In this document: one piece after another, positions 9,400-18,970 of the stretch
Position numbering within the stretch: position 1 is the stretch's first letter
How the letters are laid out: each line of letters starts with the position of its first letter
Origin: Terriglobia bacterium
Lineage (GTDB): Bacteria > Acidobacteriota > Terriglobia > JAJPHL01 > JAPKYU01
Assembly (NCBI GenBank): GCA_965206645.1
Contig: CBDBKE010000003.1
Location: 320,001-384,000 of the forward strand
DNA length: 64,000 bases
Direction of reading: 5' to 3'
Made by a program: the position numbers and the translations under genes
The notes under the pieces: model-generated
What the model was told of the DNA's origin: nothing
Seen by the model: the letters and a program-made list of their open reading frames with translations, nothing else
Databases searched by the model: none

Positions 9400-10008
9400 C
9401 TAGCCTTGCCTCTCGAAATGGATAAAATCGATCAAGAAGACTGCGCCCAGGAGCACACTTTTAGCCTCTACACTTTTGCCAGGAGGCATTTCGATGGCGA
9501 AGTTGTCCGCAGCGGTGAAGACCTCCTTCAGGGCGCCGCTCCATCTCTTGGTGATCTTTCCCGACTCTTGCTCAATGTCACCGAACCGCTCACGGATCTG
9601 AAACGTCCACGGGTGAAGGATGGGTCCGTACAGCTGGCAGGTCATGTTTCCCGTGGCGTCGGAGACCCGGTAGAGCCGCCGCACCACGGAAAATTCGCGG
9701 TCCACGGTCCCTAACAACCTTCCCTGAGCGTCACGCACGTCGATCTTGTGGAAGTAGAAGCGGAAGGGCCGTTCCAGTCGAAGGACAACGCTACCGTCGG
9801 TGCGCGTCACGATGATGGTGAAGGGCCTCAAGGCTTTGAGAAACAAACGGAGCAACAGGGAGCCCTTCTCTTCAGCCGCAAAGTAGAGCTCGTTCCCCAG
9901 TTCCGAGAGAATCACGTAGCGGTTTCTCGTCTCAAAACCACTTAGAATTTCTCCCCATTCCTTTTTCTGGCTCACCACCAGGGTGTGAACAGAGGCGAGT
10001 GCGTTCAT
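9400..10008 (-). CDS. Phospholipid scramblase/LURP-one-like protein
   Basis: EILSGFETRNRY, RPF, GKITKRWSG, FTAADNF, LLGAVFLIDF match scramblase-family motifs. Confidence 0.8.
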   Translation of the reverse strand: MNALASVHTLVVSQKKEWGEILSGFETRNRYVILSELGNELYFAAEEKGSLLLRLFLKALRPFTIIVTRTDGSVVLRLERPFRFYFHKIDVRDAQGRLLGTVDREFSVVRRLYRVSDATGNMTCQLYGPILHPWTFQIRERFGDIEQESGKITKRWSGALKEVFTAADNFAIEMPPGKSVEAKSVLLGAVFLIDFIHFERQG

Positions 10009-10189
10009 TCAAACCTCCAGAGCTTCATCGGAAATCGGCAGTTTTCCCTAATGATAGAACAGCTTGCGAGGAATTGAAATGCGCTTCAGTTCCGGCTGGA
10101 ACACGTAGCCGACGGCAACATCCCGCAGCCTCGGGTGCTATAATGGCCGCGATCGTTCGGGGATAGAAGCGCTAAATCAGAGGCAGTGG

Positions 10190-11854
10190 TTGCTGTGGCT
10201 GATCCGCGTCCGGATCGTCATTATTACCTTCCTGCTCGGCATCCAACTGGCGGTGGCGCAGTTAACCCAGGCTCAGATCCCGGTCCGATGGTTCGTCTTC
10301 ACTGTCCTGTTCTGGTATGCGCTGACCATCTTCTTCAGTCTGCTGCTGAAACTCTCCACCGACTACACCATGCAGTCCTACCTGCAGATCATCTGCGACA
10401 TCTGCATGATTACGGCGGTCATCCGTTTCAGCGGGGGGGTGGGCAGCCCCTACTTTTCCCTCTACCCGCTGGTGATCATCCTGGCGGCTATCTCGCTGTC
10501 GAGGGCGGGGACGTACCTGGTCGCCAGCCTCAGCTTCATTCTGGCCGGGGCCACGCTGGAACTCTCCTTGTATAACGAGTTGAAGGATTTTCTCCTTGCG
10601 CTTTCAGAAATGACGCCGGAGCTGCAGGACCTGCAGGTGCGAATCTTTACCAACTTGTTTGCCTTCCTGGCGATGGCCTACCTTTCCAGCAGTCTGGTGG
10701 AGAACCTGCGCAAGACTGGCACCCGGCTTCAGGCCGCCAGCGGCGAGCTGGAGAACCTGCAGGCGTTCAACGAGAACGTGATTGACAGCATGGCCGGCGG
10801 GCTGGTGACCACCGGCCTGGGGGGACGGGTGCTGCTGTTGAACCGGGCCGCCGCGCTGACCCTGGGGCGCTCGCCTGCTGCCGCCGTGGGTCGGCCGCTG
10901 GCGGAGGTACTGCCGGAATTCGCTCGCCTGTCGTTGAATGCCCCAGCACAGGAGGTCGAGATCTTCACTCCCGGCGGGCAGGAGAAATACCTGCGCGTGA
11001 GCGTGTCGGAGCTCACCAGGCCCGACAGCAGCGGACAGGGACATGCCTCGCAGGGACACGTCTACTTTTTTCAGGACTTGACCGAACTGAAGCGGTTGGA
11101 GCGGGAGGTCCGGCTGAAGGAGCGCATGGCGGCGCTGGGCCGCATGGCTTCTGCCATCGCCCACGAGATCCGCAACCCGCTGACCTCGATCGCCGGCTCC
11201 ATCAAGGTCTTTTCCACCCTTGGCTCGCTCCCCAGTGAACAGCAGCGACTGGTGGGGATCGTCGTGAAGGAGTCACAGCGCCTGGATCGCATCGTCTCCG
11301 ATTTTCTGAGCTATTCCCGGGAACGCCGCTATGAGTTTCGCCCGACTGACCTGCACGGGCTGCTGGAAGAAACGCTGGTCCTGCTGGAGAACCATCCCGA
11401 CGCGGGCCGCATCCGCTTCGAGCGCGTCTTTGCAGCCGAGCCGCTGGTGGCTCAGGTGGATCCCGACGCCATCAAGCAGGTCTTCTGGAATATCTGCGAC
11501 AACGCGCTGAAGGCCATGCCCGAGGGCGGCAAGCTGAAGGTGGAAACGGTCCGCGCGGACGGGCATGGCGTGATCCGCTTCCACGACACTGGTGTCGGAC
11601 TGAGCTCGGCTCTTCCGGGAAAAATCTTCGAGCCGTTCCAGTCCGCCTTCTCCAATGGTACCGGCCTGGGGTTGGCAATTGTGTATGAAATCATCACCGC
11701 GCACCAAGGAACGGTCGAGGTCGAATCGGTACCCGAAGGAGGTTCGGTGTTCCAGCTGGAGCTCCCGCTGACCCTGGGGAAACCGAACCTTCCCCGTGCC
11801 GCCGAGCCCGGATCCATTCCGTTCGCGCAGACGCGGAGCGCCGCAACCGAGTGA
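10190..11854 (+). CDS. pilS: PilS-like membrane sensor histidine kinase with PAS domain
   Basis: Multi-TM N-terminus, PAS region, AHEIRNPL H-box, N/G1/F/G2 boxes; adjacent to a pilR-like gene. Confidence 0.8.
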   Translation: MLWLIRVRIVIITFLLGIQLAVAQLTQAQIPVRWFVFTVLFWYALTIFFSLLLKLSTDYTMQSYLQIICDICMITAVIRFSGGVGSPYFSLYPLVIILAAISLSRAGTYLVASLSFILAGATLELSLYNELKDFLLALSEMTPELQDLQVRIFTNLFAFLAMAYLSSSLVENLRKTGTRLQAASGELENLQAFNENVIDSMAGGLVTTGLGGRVLLLNRAAALTLGRSPAAAVGRPLAEVLPEFARLSLNAPAQEVEIFTPGGQEKYLRVSVSELTRPDSSGQGHASQGHVYFFQDLTELKRLEREVRLKERMAALGRMASAIAHEIRNPLTSIAGSIKVFSTLGSLPSEQQRLVGIVVKESQRLDRIVSDFLSYSRERRYEFRPTDLHGLLEETLVLLENHPDAGRIRFERVFAAEPLVAQVDPDAIKQVFWNICDNALKAMPEGGKLKVETVRADGHGVIRFHDTGVGLSSALPGKIFEPFQSAFSNGTGLGLAIVYEIITAHQGTVEVESVPEGGSVFQLELPLTLGKPNLPRAAEPGSIPFAQTRSAATE

Positions 11855-11857
11855 GCC

Positions 11858-13246
11858 ATGGCCCACCTGCTGGTGGTGGATGACGAGAAATCCATTTGCG
11901 AAATGCTGGATATCGCCCTGCGCAAGCAGGGCAACGGTCACCTCGCTGGAAATGGCGCGTCGTCGACTGCTCTCCAACATTTACGACATCGTCATCACCG
12001 ACATCAAACTGCCGCAGGGCAGCGGCCTGGATGTTCTGCAACACGTCCGCGAGACCCAGCCTGAGACCCTGGTCATCCTGGTGACCGCCTATGCCTCGGT
12101 GGATTCGGCAGTGCAAGCCCTGAACCTGGGCGCCTTCCGCTACATCATCAAGACTCCCAACCTGGTGGACGAAGTGCGGGTCACTGTGGCCAGGGGAGTC
12201 GAGGAACGCAGCCTGCGGCAGGAAAATCGCGCGCTCAAGCGCGAGCTGCGCAAGAGCCTGGACAGCCTGCTGGGGGTGAGCCCACCCATCAAGGCGCTAA
12301 AGGAGCTGGTGGCCACCGTCGCTCCCACCAACAGCACCATCCTAATCACCGGCGAGAGCGGCACCGGCAAGGAACTGGTGGCCCGCGCCATCCACGCCGC
12401 CAGCGGCCGCTGGGACCGCTCCTTTGTCTCGGTCAACTGCGGCGCCTTCCCCGAGACGCTGCTCGAGAGCGAACTGTTCGGCTACGTCAAAGGCGCCTTC
12501 ACCGGCGCCACCACCAATAAGGAGGGCCTGTTCAAGTACGCCGACACCGGCACCCTGTTTCTGGACGAGGTCGCGCCGAGATGAGCCTGGCGATGCAGGT
12601 GAGGCTGCTGCGAGTGTTGCAGGAGCGGTTGGTGCGTCCGGTCGGGGCCAGCGAGGAGGTGCCGGTGGACGTGCGCCTGATCTTGGCCACCAACAAAGAC
12701 CTTCACCAGCGCGTCCAGGAAGGCACGTTTCGTGAGGACCTCTACTACCGCATCAGTGTCATCCCGGTGGAGTTGCCGCCGCTCCGGGAGCGCCGCGAGG
12801 ACATCCCCCTGCTGGCCATCTATTTCTTGGGGAAGTTTGCTCGGGCGATGAACAAACCGGTCCACAAGATTGACGAGCCGGCCATGAAGTGCCTGAAACG
12901 GTACGACTGGCCGGGCAATGTGCGGGAACTGGAAAACGCCCTGGAGCGTGCCGTCGCCCTGGAAAAACAGGAGGAGGTTGCGGTGTGGACGCTGCCCGAA
13001 CGCGTCTCAGGAGTCGCGCCGCAAGCGGTGGCGGCCGCCGCCAGCGGCGACGGCTCTTCCGTTCCCTCCTCGCTGCCTTCTCTGCCTGAAGCAGGTCTGG
13101 ACCTGGAACAGCACATCACTCAACTGGAGCGCCGTTACATTGAAGCGGCGATCGAGCGCGCCGGTGGCGTTCGCACCCGCGCCGCTGAGCTGCTCCACAT
13201 GAGCTACCGCTCCTTTCGCCACTACGCCAAGAAATACCGCATCTGA
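11858..13246 (+). pseudogene. pilR: PilR/NtrC-family sigma54 response regulator, interrupted by two frameshifts
   Basis: [10 protein letters not shown] start, then a frame change near 11933; [21 protein letters not shown]; second frame change near 12574 ([12 protein letters not shown]); C-terminal HTH. Confidence 0.8.
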
Positions 13247-13270
13247 GGCCACCTCCCCCACCACTCCCTT

Positions 13271-13301
13271 GTCATCCCGAGTGCAGCAAGAGACCTGATT
13301 T
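13271..13301 (+). repeat. REP-like element (copy 1)
   Basis: gtcatcccgagtgcagcaagagacctgattt resembles the copy at 57293. Confidence 0.45.
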
Positions 13302-13340
13302 TTCCCGCTTTGCCTGCGGCCGCCGCGCTAGAATCCTGGA

Positions 13341-13814
13341 GTGGCAACCCCTGGAGTAGCAGCCGTGGATGAGCAATTCATGCGCCTGGCGCTGGAGGAA
13401 GCGGAAGCCGCCCGACGGGAAGGGGAGGTCCCGGTCGGAGCGATAGTGGTCTGCGACAACCAGGTGGTGGGACGTGGCCACAACCGCAACATCACCGATC
13501 GCGATCCCACGGCGCACGCCGAAATCCTGGTCCTGCGCGAAGCCGCCCGGCGGCTGGGCAACCACCGCCTGCCCCTATGTACGCTGTATGTTACAATCGA
13601 ACCGTGTGTTATGTGCGCCGGGGCGGCCGTGCAGGCGCGCTTGGCACGGGTAGTGTACGGCTGCGACGACCCCAAGGGCGGGGCGGTTCGGTCGCTCTAC
13701 CATGTGGCCGATGATGCCCGACTGAACCACCGGACGGAGATCGCCGGTGGGGTGCTTGGCGCTGAATGCGCGGAGCTGATCCGCAGCTTTTTTCAGCAGA
13801 AACGCCTTTCCTGA
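13341..13814 (+). CDS. tadA: tRNA adenosine(34) deaminase; start may be GTG 13365
   Basis: GEVPVGA, DPTAHAE, TIEPCVMCAGA, DPKGGA. Confidence 0.95.
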   Translation: MATPGVAAVDEQFMRLALEEAEAARREGEVPVGAIVVCDNQVVGRGHNRNITDRDPTAHAEILVLREAARRLGNHRLPLCTLYVTIEPCVMCAGAAVQARLARVVYGCDDPKGGAVRSLYHVADDARLNHRTEIAGGVLGAECAELIRSFFQQKRLS

Positions 13815-13839
13815 ACCGGACTGCCCGTTCCCGCCTTGC

Positions 13840-13932
13840 GGTGAGGTGCGAGAGTGGTTTAATCGGGCCGCCTCGAAAGCGGCTGTCCTGGCAGCCCCGG
13901 GACCGGGGGTTCGAATCCCTCCCTCACCGCCA
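13840..13932 (+). tRNA. tRNA-Ser (anticodon CGA)
   Basis: Acceptor stem GGTGAGG/CCTCACC followed by GCCA, anticodon arm gccgc-ctCGAaa-gcggc, long variable arm, GGTTCGAATCC T-arm. Confidence 0.96.
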
Positions 13933-14074
13933 CTGCCTAACAAACACGACAGAGCGGCAGCTCGCCGCCCGATCCTGTCCGCTGGCATGCCATCTCGGTT
14001 CGGGGCGACACTAGCGGCAACAAGCAAGGTCCGGGTAGGATAAGAGATCAGATTCCAAGATGGAGGAGGAAAGC

Positions 14075-14458
14075 ATGTCAGTGGCAACTCCACAAGCATT
14101 GCTCGACGCGTTCTTTCGCGCCTTCAACGCGGGCGATCTCGATGCCACGCTGGCCCTCTACGAGCCCAATGCCGCGCTGGTTGCAGAGCCTGGCAAGGTG
14201 GCGCACGGCATGGCGGCTCTGCGCGAGGCACTGGGCGCCTTCCTCGAGATGAAGCCAAAGTTGGCCCCAGAGAAAAGCGAATTGATCACGGCCGGCGACC
14301 TCGCGTTGTCGCTGGTCAAGTGGACCTTGAACGGCACCGGGCCGGACGGCAAACCTCTAACCATGACGGGGACAAGCTCCGACGTTGCACGACGGCAACC
14401 GGATGGGACGTGGCGATTGGTGATCGACAACCCCTGGGGGACAGCCATCGTCGGCTAG
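14075..14458 (+). CDS. SnoaL/NTF2-like (YybH/DUF4440) protein
   Basis: AFNAGDLDATLALYEPNA...DVARRQPDGTWRLVIDNPWG; GGAGG RBS. Confidence 0.85.
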   Translation: MSVATPQALLDAFFRAFNAGDLDATLALYEPNAALVAEPGKVAHGMAALREALGAFLEMKPKLAPEKSELITAGDLALSLVKWTLNGTGPDGKPLTMTGTSSDVARRQPDGTWRLVIDNPWGTAIVG

Positions 14459-14492
14459 CAGGGTGCTGAAAGGAATTGGATTAAGCACTCTG

Positions 14493-15142
14493 CTAGAGCA
14501 AGAGCGTCAGACAGCCGGTCACCATGAGAGCGATTGCCCATACCAGATCGAGGTTCAACCAGGCTTTGCGCAAAAGAGCCAGCCCGAACTTTCCATAGAC
14601 CAGCAAGGCAACCAGCCCAGTGACCAGCAAATAGCCCAGGGTGTGAACGAGGGTCGCCAGCAGGATTGTCAGTGGATCTTGGAAAGCGCTCACTTGCAGA
14701 TGATGCTTCCCTAGCAGGGAGTGTCCGGCGTGTTCCCCGGCAGGCATCGCGAGCAGAACCGGCAGGACCATGAAGCCGGCGCCGACGCCATCAGGAATGA
14801 CCAGATGGTGAGGTCGCGGAACCCTACCTGCATTCCGCCCCACCGGGGGTGCCGACCGCGCAAGAGGCGATACAGACCGAAGGCGATCAGAATCAGAGCG
14901 ACGGGAATCTTGAGGTAAGCCAGGGGCACGACCACCTGGATCAACCCGGCGAGCATGACCACCAGACCGATCGCCACACCATGACCCAGGGCAATGGGGA
15001 GCAACGACCGTCCGACAGCCCGGCGGCTCCCCTCCTGCATCCCCAGTGCGACGGCGAACAGCCATCCCATGCCCGGATTGATGCCGTGGTAGGCGCCCAG
15101 CAGAAACAATGCGGGCCAGGCCCAAGACGCCCCCTCGCTCAT
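14493..15142 (-). pseudogene. Multi-TM membrane protein downstream of SBP56, frameshifted near 14780
   Basis: N-terminal LGAYHGINPGMGWLFAVALG frame switches to GAGFMVLP...WLNLDLVWA in another frame. Confidence 0.75.
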
Positions 15143-16542
15143 GGGTAGCAGTAAGAGTCCGAGGAAGCGTCGCCGCCTTCCAGGCGGACCTGATGGCTGC
15201 GCAGGTCTTTGAACTCCAGGAAGAAGCGCTGGTCAATCTCCATGCCACCCTCCGGCTTGGCGTTCACCTTCACCATCCAGCTACGGATGCCTTCCGGATA
15301 GAACTGGTCATCGATGGTTGAGTAGAGGGAGTTGGTGAAATAGATCCGCTGGCCGTCGCGGCTCACCTCGACCATTTGCGGCGCACCGTTCAGCGCCTGC
15401 TTGGGCTTCTTCGGGTGCGCCGCCCGGCGCACGATGCCGTCCAGATGCACCGAGCCGGTCTTCTTGGGGTTAAACGGATCGGCTCACGTCGTACTGGATA
15501 AACTCACCCGTCCCCCAGCAGGCAACATGGAGGAAGCGATCATCCAGAGAGAGGTCGATGTCGGTCACCAACGGCGGAACCGCCTTGAAGTCCTTCAGCA
15601 TGGGCGGGAGCTGATCCGGGTCAGCAGGTTCCGCGGGGATATCAATAACTTTCCGGATCGCCCAGTTGCCGTTCTTGCCTTCCTCCCGGTGCCACAACCA
15701 GATTGACGATGAAAGATCCTTGAGCGAGATCACCACGCCCAGAAAACCGTAAGCCTTGGTGGGGTTGTGAGCCGGCCGAAGATCAAAGGCCAGTTGGTAT
15801 TCCTTGCCCAGGTCCAACACCTGGCGATGGCGCCGCTGGCGCAGGTCCCAGACGTGGATGGCGTGGCCGTAACCGCTGTTGAGCAGGACCTCCGGGATCA
15901 GCCCGTTCTCAAATGTCTTCGGTGTGCCCCACTCGCTGGTGACGATGGTGTCGTAGCCCAGATGCCACCAGAAATCGCAGGCCAGGTACTGAGGTCCGCG
16001 GTCCAGCTCCCACTGGCCGAGCACCTCGAAGTTGTTTTGGTCCATCATGAAGATGCCGCCAGGCCCATCGCCAGTCGGCGAGCCGAGGGCGCTGACGTAG
16101 ATACCCCAAGGGCCACAGTGAACCGTGTGCGGCCGGCTGTAGCCGGTGCGCGCTGCCAGGGTCTCTGCTTCAATCACCTTGACGATCTTCGGCTTCCGGG
16201 GGTTGGGCTTGGTGTCAATGACGTGAATCCGCGAGGAGCGAAGGCCGGGAACGATCAGGTAGCGCCGCTCGAGGTGGGCATGCGGCGCCTGGCCGGCCAG
16301 CAGGCACTGCAGGCGCTCCAGCCGAAGTGGTGGAGCTCATCGCCAGCGTTGGGCATCTCCACCTGGCCAACAACCTGACTGTAGGTGGAAGACGCTGGGT
16401 CGACATCCACTACCGCCAGAGCGTCGTGGCGGCCTTTGTGCTTGGGATTGAGCAGGGCCAGATAGGCCAGCTTTTCCGCCGGCGCCTGCATCGCCATCTT
16501 GGGCGAGGGGTAAAACGTTGGGGCAGGTTTCAAGAGTGCCAT
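15139..16542 (-). pseudogene. Selenium-binding protein SBP56 (methanethiol oxidase-like), two frameshifts
   Basis: TFYPSP, GDELHHFGW, HTVHCGP, DFWWH, TSEWG, TDIDLSLDDRF, PQMVEVSRDG, GGDASSDSYCYP spread over three frames; breaks near 16295 and 15482. Confidence 0.9.
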
Positions 16543-16816
16543 GGTTCGCTCTCCTTTTCCGTGATTTGCATTCGCTTTGCACGACAACCAGAAGCCCCCG
16601 GCGTGCCTGCGCGGCTGGAGGCCGCCTGCAGGCACGCCGGCAAAGGGAGTATAGTCTAAGCACTCGTCCTGGCGTTTCAAGCAGGAAAAATCTCCGTCGC
16701 AGCTGGCGCAGAGGCAGCGCAACGGGCTCCCAGCGCCGGCGACGCCCCCCGCCTGGCCGATCAATCCCACCGCAACTTAGGTGCTCCCCACGCGAAATGA
16801 ATGTAGAATAGTCAGG

Positions 16817-17992
16817 ATGAGGTGCTTCTGGCGGCTACCCTCCCTGCTGTGCCTCTGCGTAGCACTGGCTGTGGCGGCTGCGGCGCAAACACCGCCCACA
16901 GAGGCGAAGCCGCCGACCACGGCGCCACCACCAGACAGCCAACAGCCGATCCCCACCTTCGTCGGTGGAGTGACCGAAGTGATGGCCCCGGTCACCGTCA
17001 CCGATGAGTATGGCGAATTCGTACTGACCCTGAGGCCGGAGGACTTTCTGCTGTACGACAACACGATTCGCCAGCAGATCAAAGTGCAGTTGACCGAGAT
17101 GCCGCTTTCAGTCGCCATCCTGCTTAGCGTCAGCTCCCGCGTGGAACCTTTGCTTCCTCAGGTGAAGAAGGCGGCACCGCTGTTCACCAATCTGCTGCTC
17201 GGAGAAAATGACGAGGCCGCCCTGATTAGGTTTGATCACCGGGTGGAGGTGGTTCAGAACTTTACTCGCGACCCGGAACGAGTGGAGAAAGTGTTCAAGG
17301 ATCTGAAGCCGGGCAGCGGGCAGTCGCGGCTGACCGATGCGATGGTTCGTGCCCTGTCCATGCTCAGCACTCGTCCCCGGGGACGGCGCAAAGTGGTTCT
17401 GGCTATTGCGGAAAGCCGCGACATGGGCAGTGAGGCAAACTTAGGGTTCGTGATGCGGGAGGCACAACGGGCCAATATCTCCATTTATGCTGTGGGACTC
17501 AGCACGGTCCGCGCCCAATTGACCCGGAAACCACCCCCACCTCCTCCCTCGCGCTTCCCGCCAGGGGCCACCGGCACCATTCCCGGAATCCCGCCGACGC
17601 CCTCCATGGAACTGGCGACCGGCTCCACCGTCAACATTGGCAACCTGCTGGTGGAAGCCTTCCATGGCGTGAAGAACATCTTCTGGGATCACCCGTTGGA
17701 AGCATTTGCCAAATCCACTGGCGCGGTGCTCCTGGACGGGTTCTCCAGTCGTGCGGTGGAGCGAGCGGTGAGCGAGATTTCTCGAGAACTGCGCAGCCAG
17801 TACCTGATTACCTACCGCCCGAACAATCTCAACCAGGCCGGCTTTCACCGCATCAGGGTGGTCGTGGATCGGCCTGAAGTTAAGGTGCGCACTCGCCCGG
17901 GCTATTATTTTCCTGGCGGCAGCCTTCCCGCAGCACCTCCAGCCAAGACTTCCGCGCAGTTTAGCCCGCAGCTTGTGGCCTGTGGTTCGTAG
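16817..17992 (+). CDS. VWA-domain protein (Acidobacterial VWFA-related type), exported
   Basis: Signal peptide, VTVTD, PLSVAILL, TGA, ELRSQYLITYRP, VRTRPGYY. Confidence 0.85.
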   Translation: MRCFWRLPSLLCLCVALAVAAAAQTPPTEAKPPTTAPPPDSQQPIPTFVGGVTEVMAPVTVTDEYGEFVLTLRPEDFLLYDNTIRQQIKVQLTEMPLSVAILLSVSSRVEPLLPQVKKAAPLFTNLLLGENDEAALIRFDHRVEVVQNFTRDPERVEKVFKDLKPGSGQSRLTDAMVRALSMLSTRPRGRRKVVLAIAESRDMGSEANLGFVMREAQRANISIYAVGLSTVRAQLTRKPPPPPPSRFPPGATGTIPGIPPTPSMELATGSTVNIGNLLVEAFHGVKNIFWDHPLEAFAKSTGAVLLDGFSSRAVERAVSEISRELRSQYLITYRPNNLNQAGFHRIRVVVDRPEVKVRTRPGYYFPGGSLPAAPPAKTSAQFSPQLVACGS

Positions 17993-18047
17993 CTTGCACC
18001 TCTCCTGCAGGCGTTCCGACGGGTGACTGCAAGCTATGAGCGGGCCG

Positions 18048-18809
18048 CTATCTAGCTGTCCAGCCGCCGTCAATCACGATGTCGGTGCCGGTGATGAAGC
18101 CGGAAGCCTCGGAGGCCATGTACACGACCAGGGGGCCGATGTCGCCTCCCCGGCCCCAGCGCCCCAGCGGAATCTTGCTGACAAACTCCTGGTTCTTGAC
18201 TGGGTCCTCCCGCAGCGGCTGGGTCATTTCAGTGACAAACGGGCCTGGGCTGATGCTGTTCACGGTGATGCCGTGTGGGGCTAACTCAAGAGCGAGCGCC
18301 CGCGTCATCGCCACCAATCCCCCTTTACTGGCGCAGTAGGCGGTGCGTCCAGGCATTGCGATGTGAGCCATGATGGAGGCAATGTTCAGGATGCGCCCAT
18401 AAGACTGCCGGACCATTGGCGCCAGGAAGGCTTTCGAGCAAAGCATGGGGCCGAACAGGTTCGTGGCGATGACTGACCGCCACTCCTCGAAAGGAGATTC
18501 TCCGAGCGTCTTGCGACTGACGGTCCCAGCGTTGTTAATCAGAATGTCGGCGCGGCCAAATTCGTTCAGCACGCGGGCGGCCAGCGTGTCCACAACAGCC
18601 GGGTCCGAGACGTCGGCCGCGCAGCAGAGGTGGCGCGCGCCGCCTGCTAGCTCGCCCGCTACACTTTCCAGCGCCTGGATGTCCCGGCTGACCAGCACCA
18701 CCGAGGCGTTGGCTTCGGCCAGCGCTGCAGCCATAGCTTTGCCCAGCCCGCGGCTGGCCCCGGTCACCACCGCCACCCGCCCCTTCAGAGAAGAGCTTTC
18801 AGGAGTCAT
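18048..18809 (-). CDS. Short-chain dehydrogenase/reductase
   Basis: TGASRGLG, NNAG, YCASK, PG, ITGTDIVIDGG. Confidence 0.95.
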   Translation of the reverse strand: MTPESSSLKGRVAVVTGASRGLGKAMAAALAEANASVVLVSRDIQALESVAGELAGGARHLCCAADVSDPAVVDTLAARVLNEFGRADILINNAGTVSRKTLGESPFEEWRSVIATNLFGPMLCSKAFLAPMVRQSYGRILNIASIMAHIAMPGRTAYCASKGGLVAMTRALALELAPHGITVNSISPGPFVTEMTQPLREDPVKNQEFVSKIPLGRWGRGGDIGPLVVYMASEASGFITGTDIVIDGGWTAR

Positions 18810-18970
18810 AGAGGGAACCCGACGAAGGAGGCACGCTCAGACTGCGTCCGCAATCATTCATATGCTAACGGAGCACGTGGAGGATAACTGTGGAGGACAG
18901 CTGCCCTCGCTGGTTTTCACAAAGTGGCTGCCGATTCTACGCGAATCCCTTCGTTAAGTGAACCGAACCT

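Noticed and set aside
14020-14050. caaggtccgggtaggataag resembling the SRP RNA loop that often follows tadA-tRNA-Ser
   Set aside because: Lacks the CAGG-tetraloop-AGCAG core and a long flanking helix
13933-16780. Prophage or integrative element at tRNA-Ser
   Set aside because: No integrase, phage genes or convincing duplicate of the tRNA 3' end
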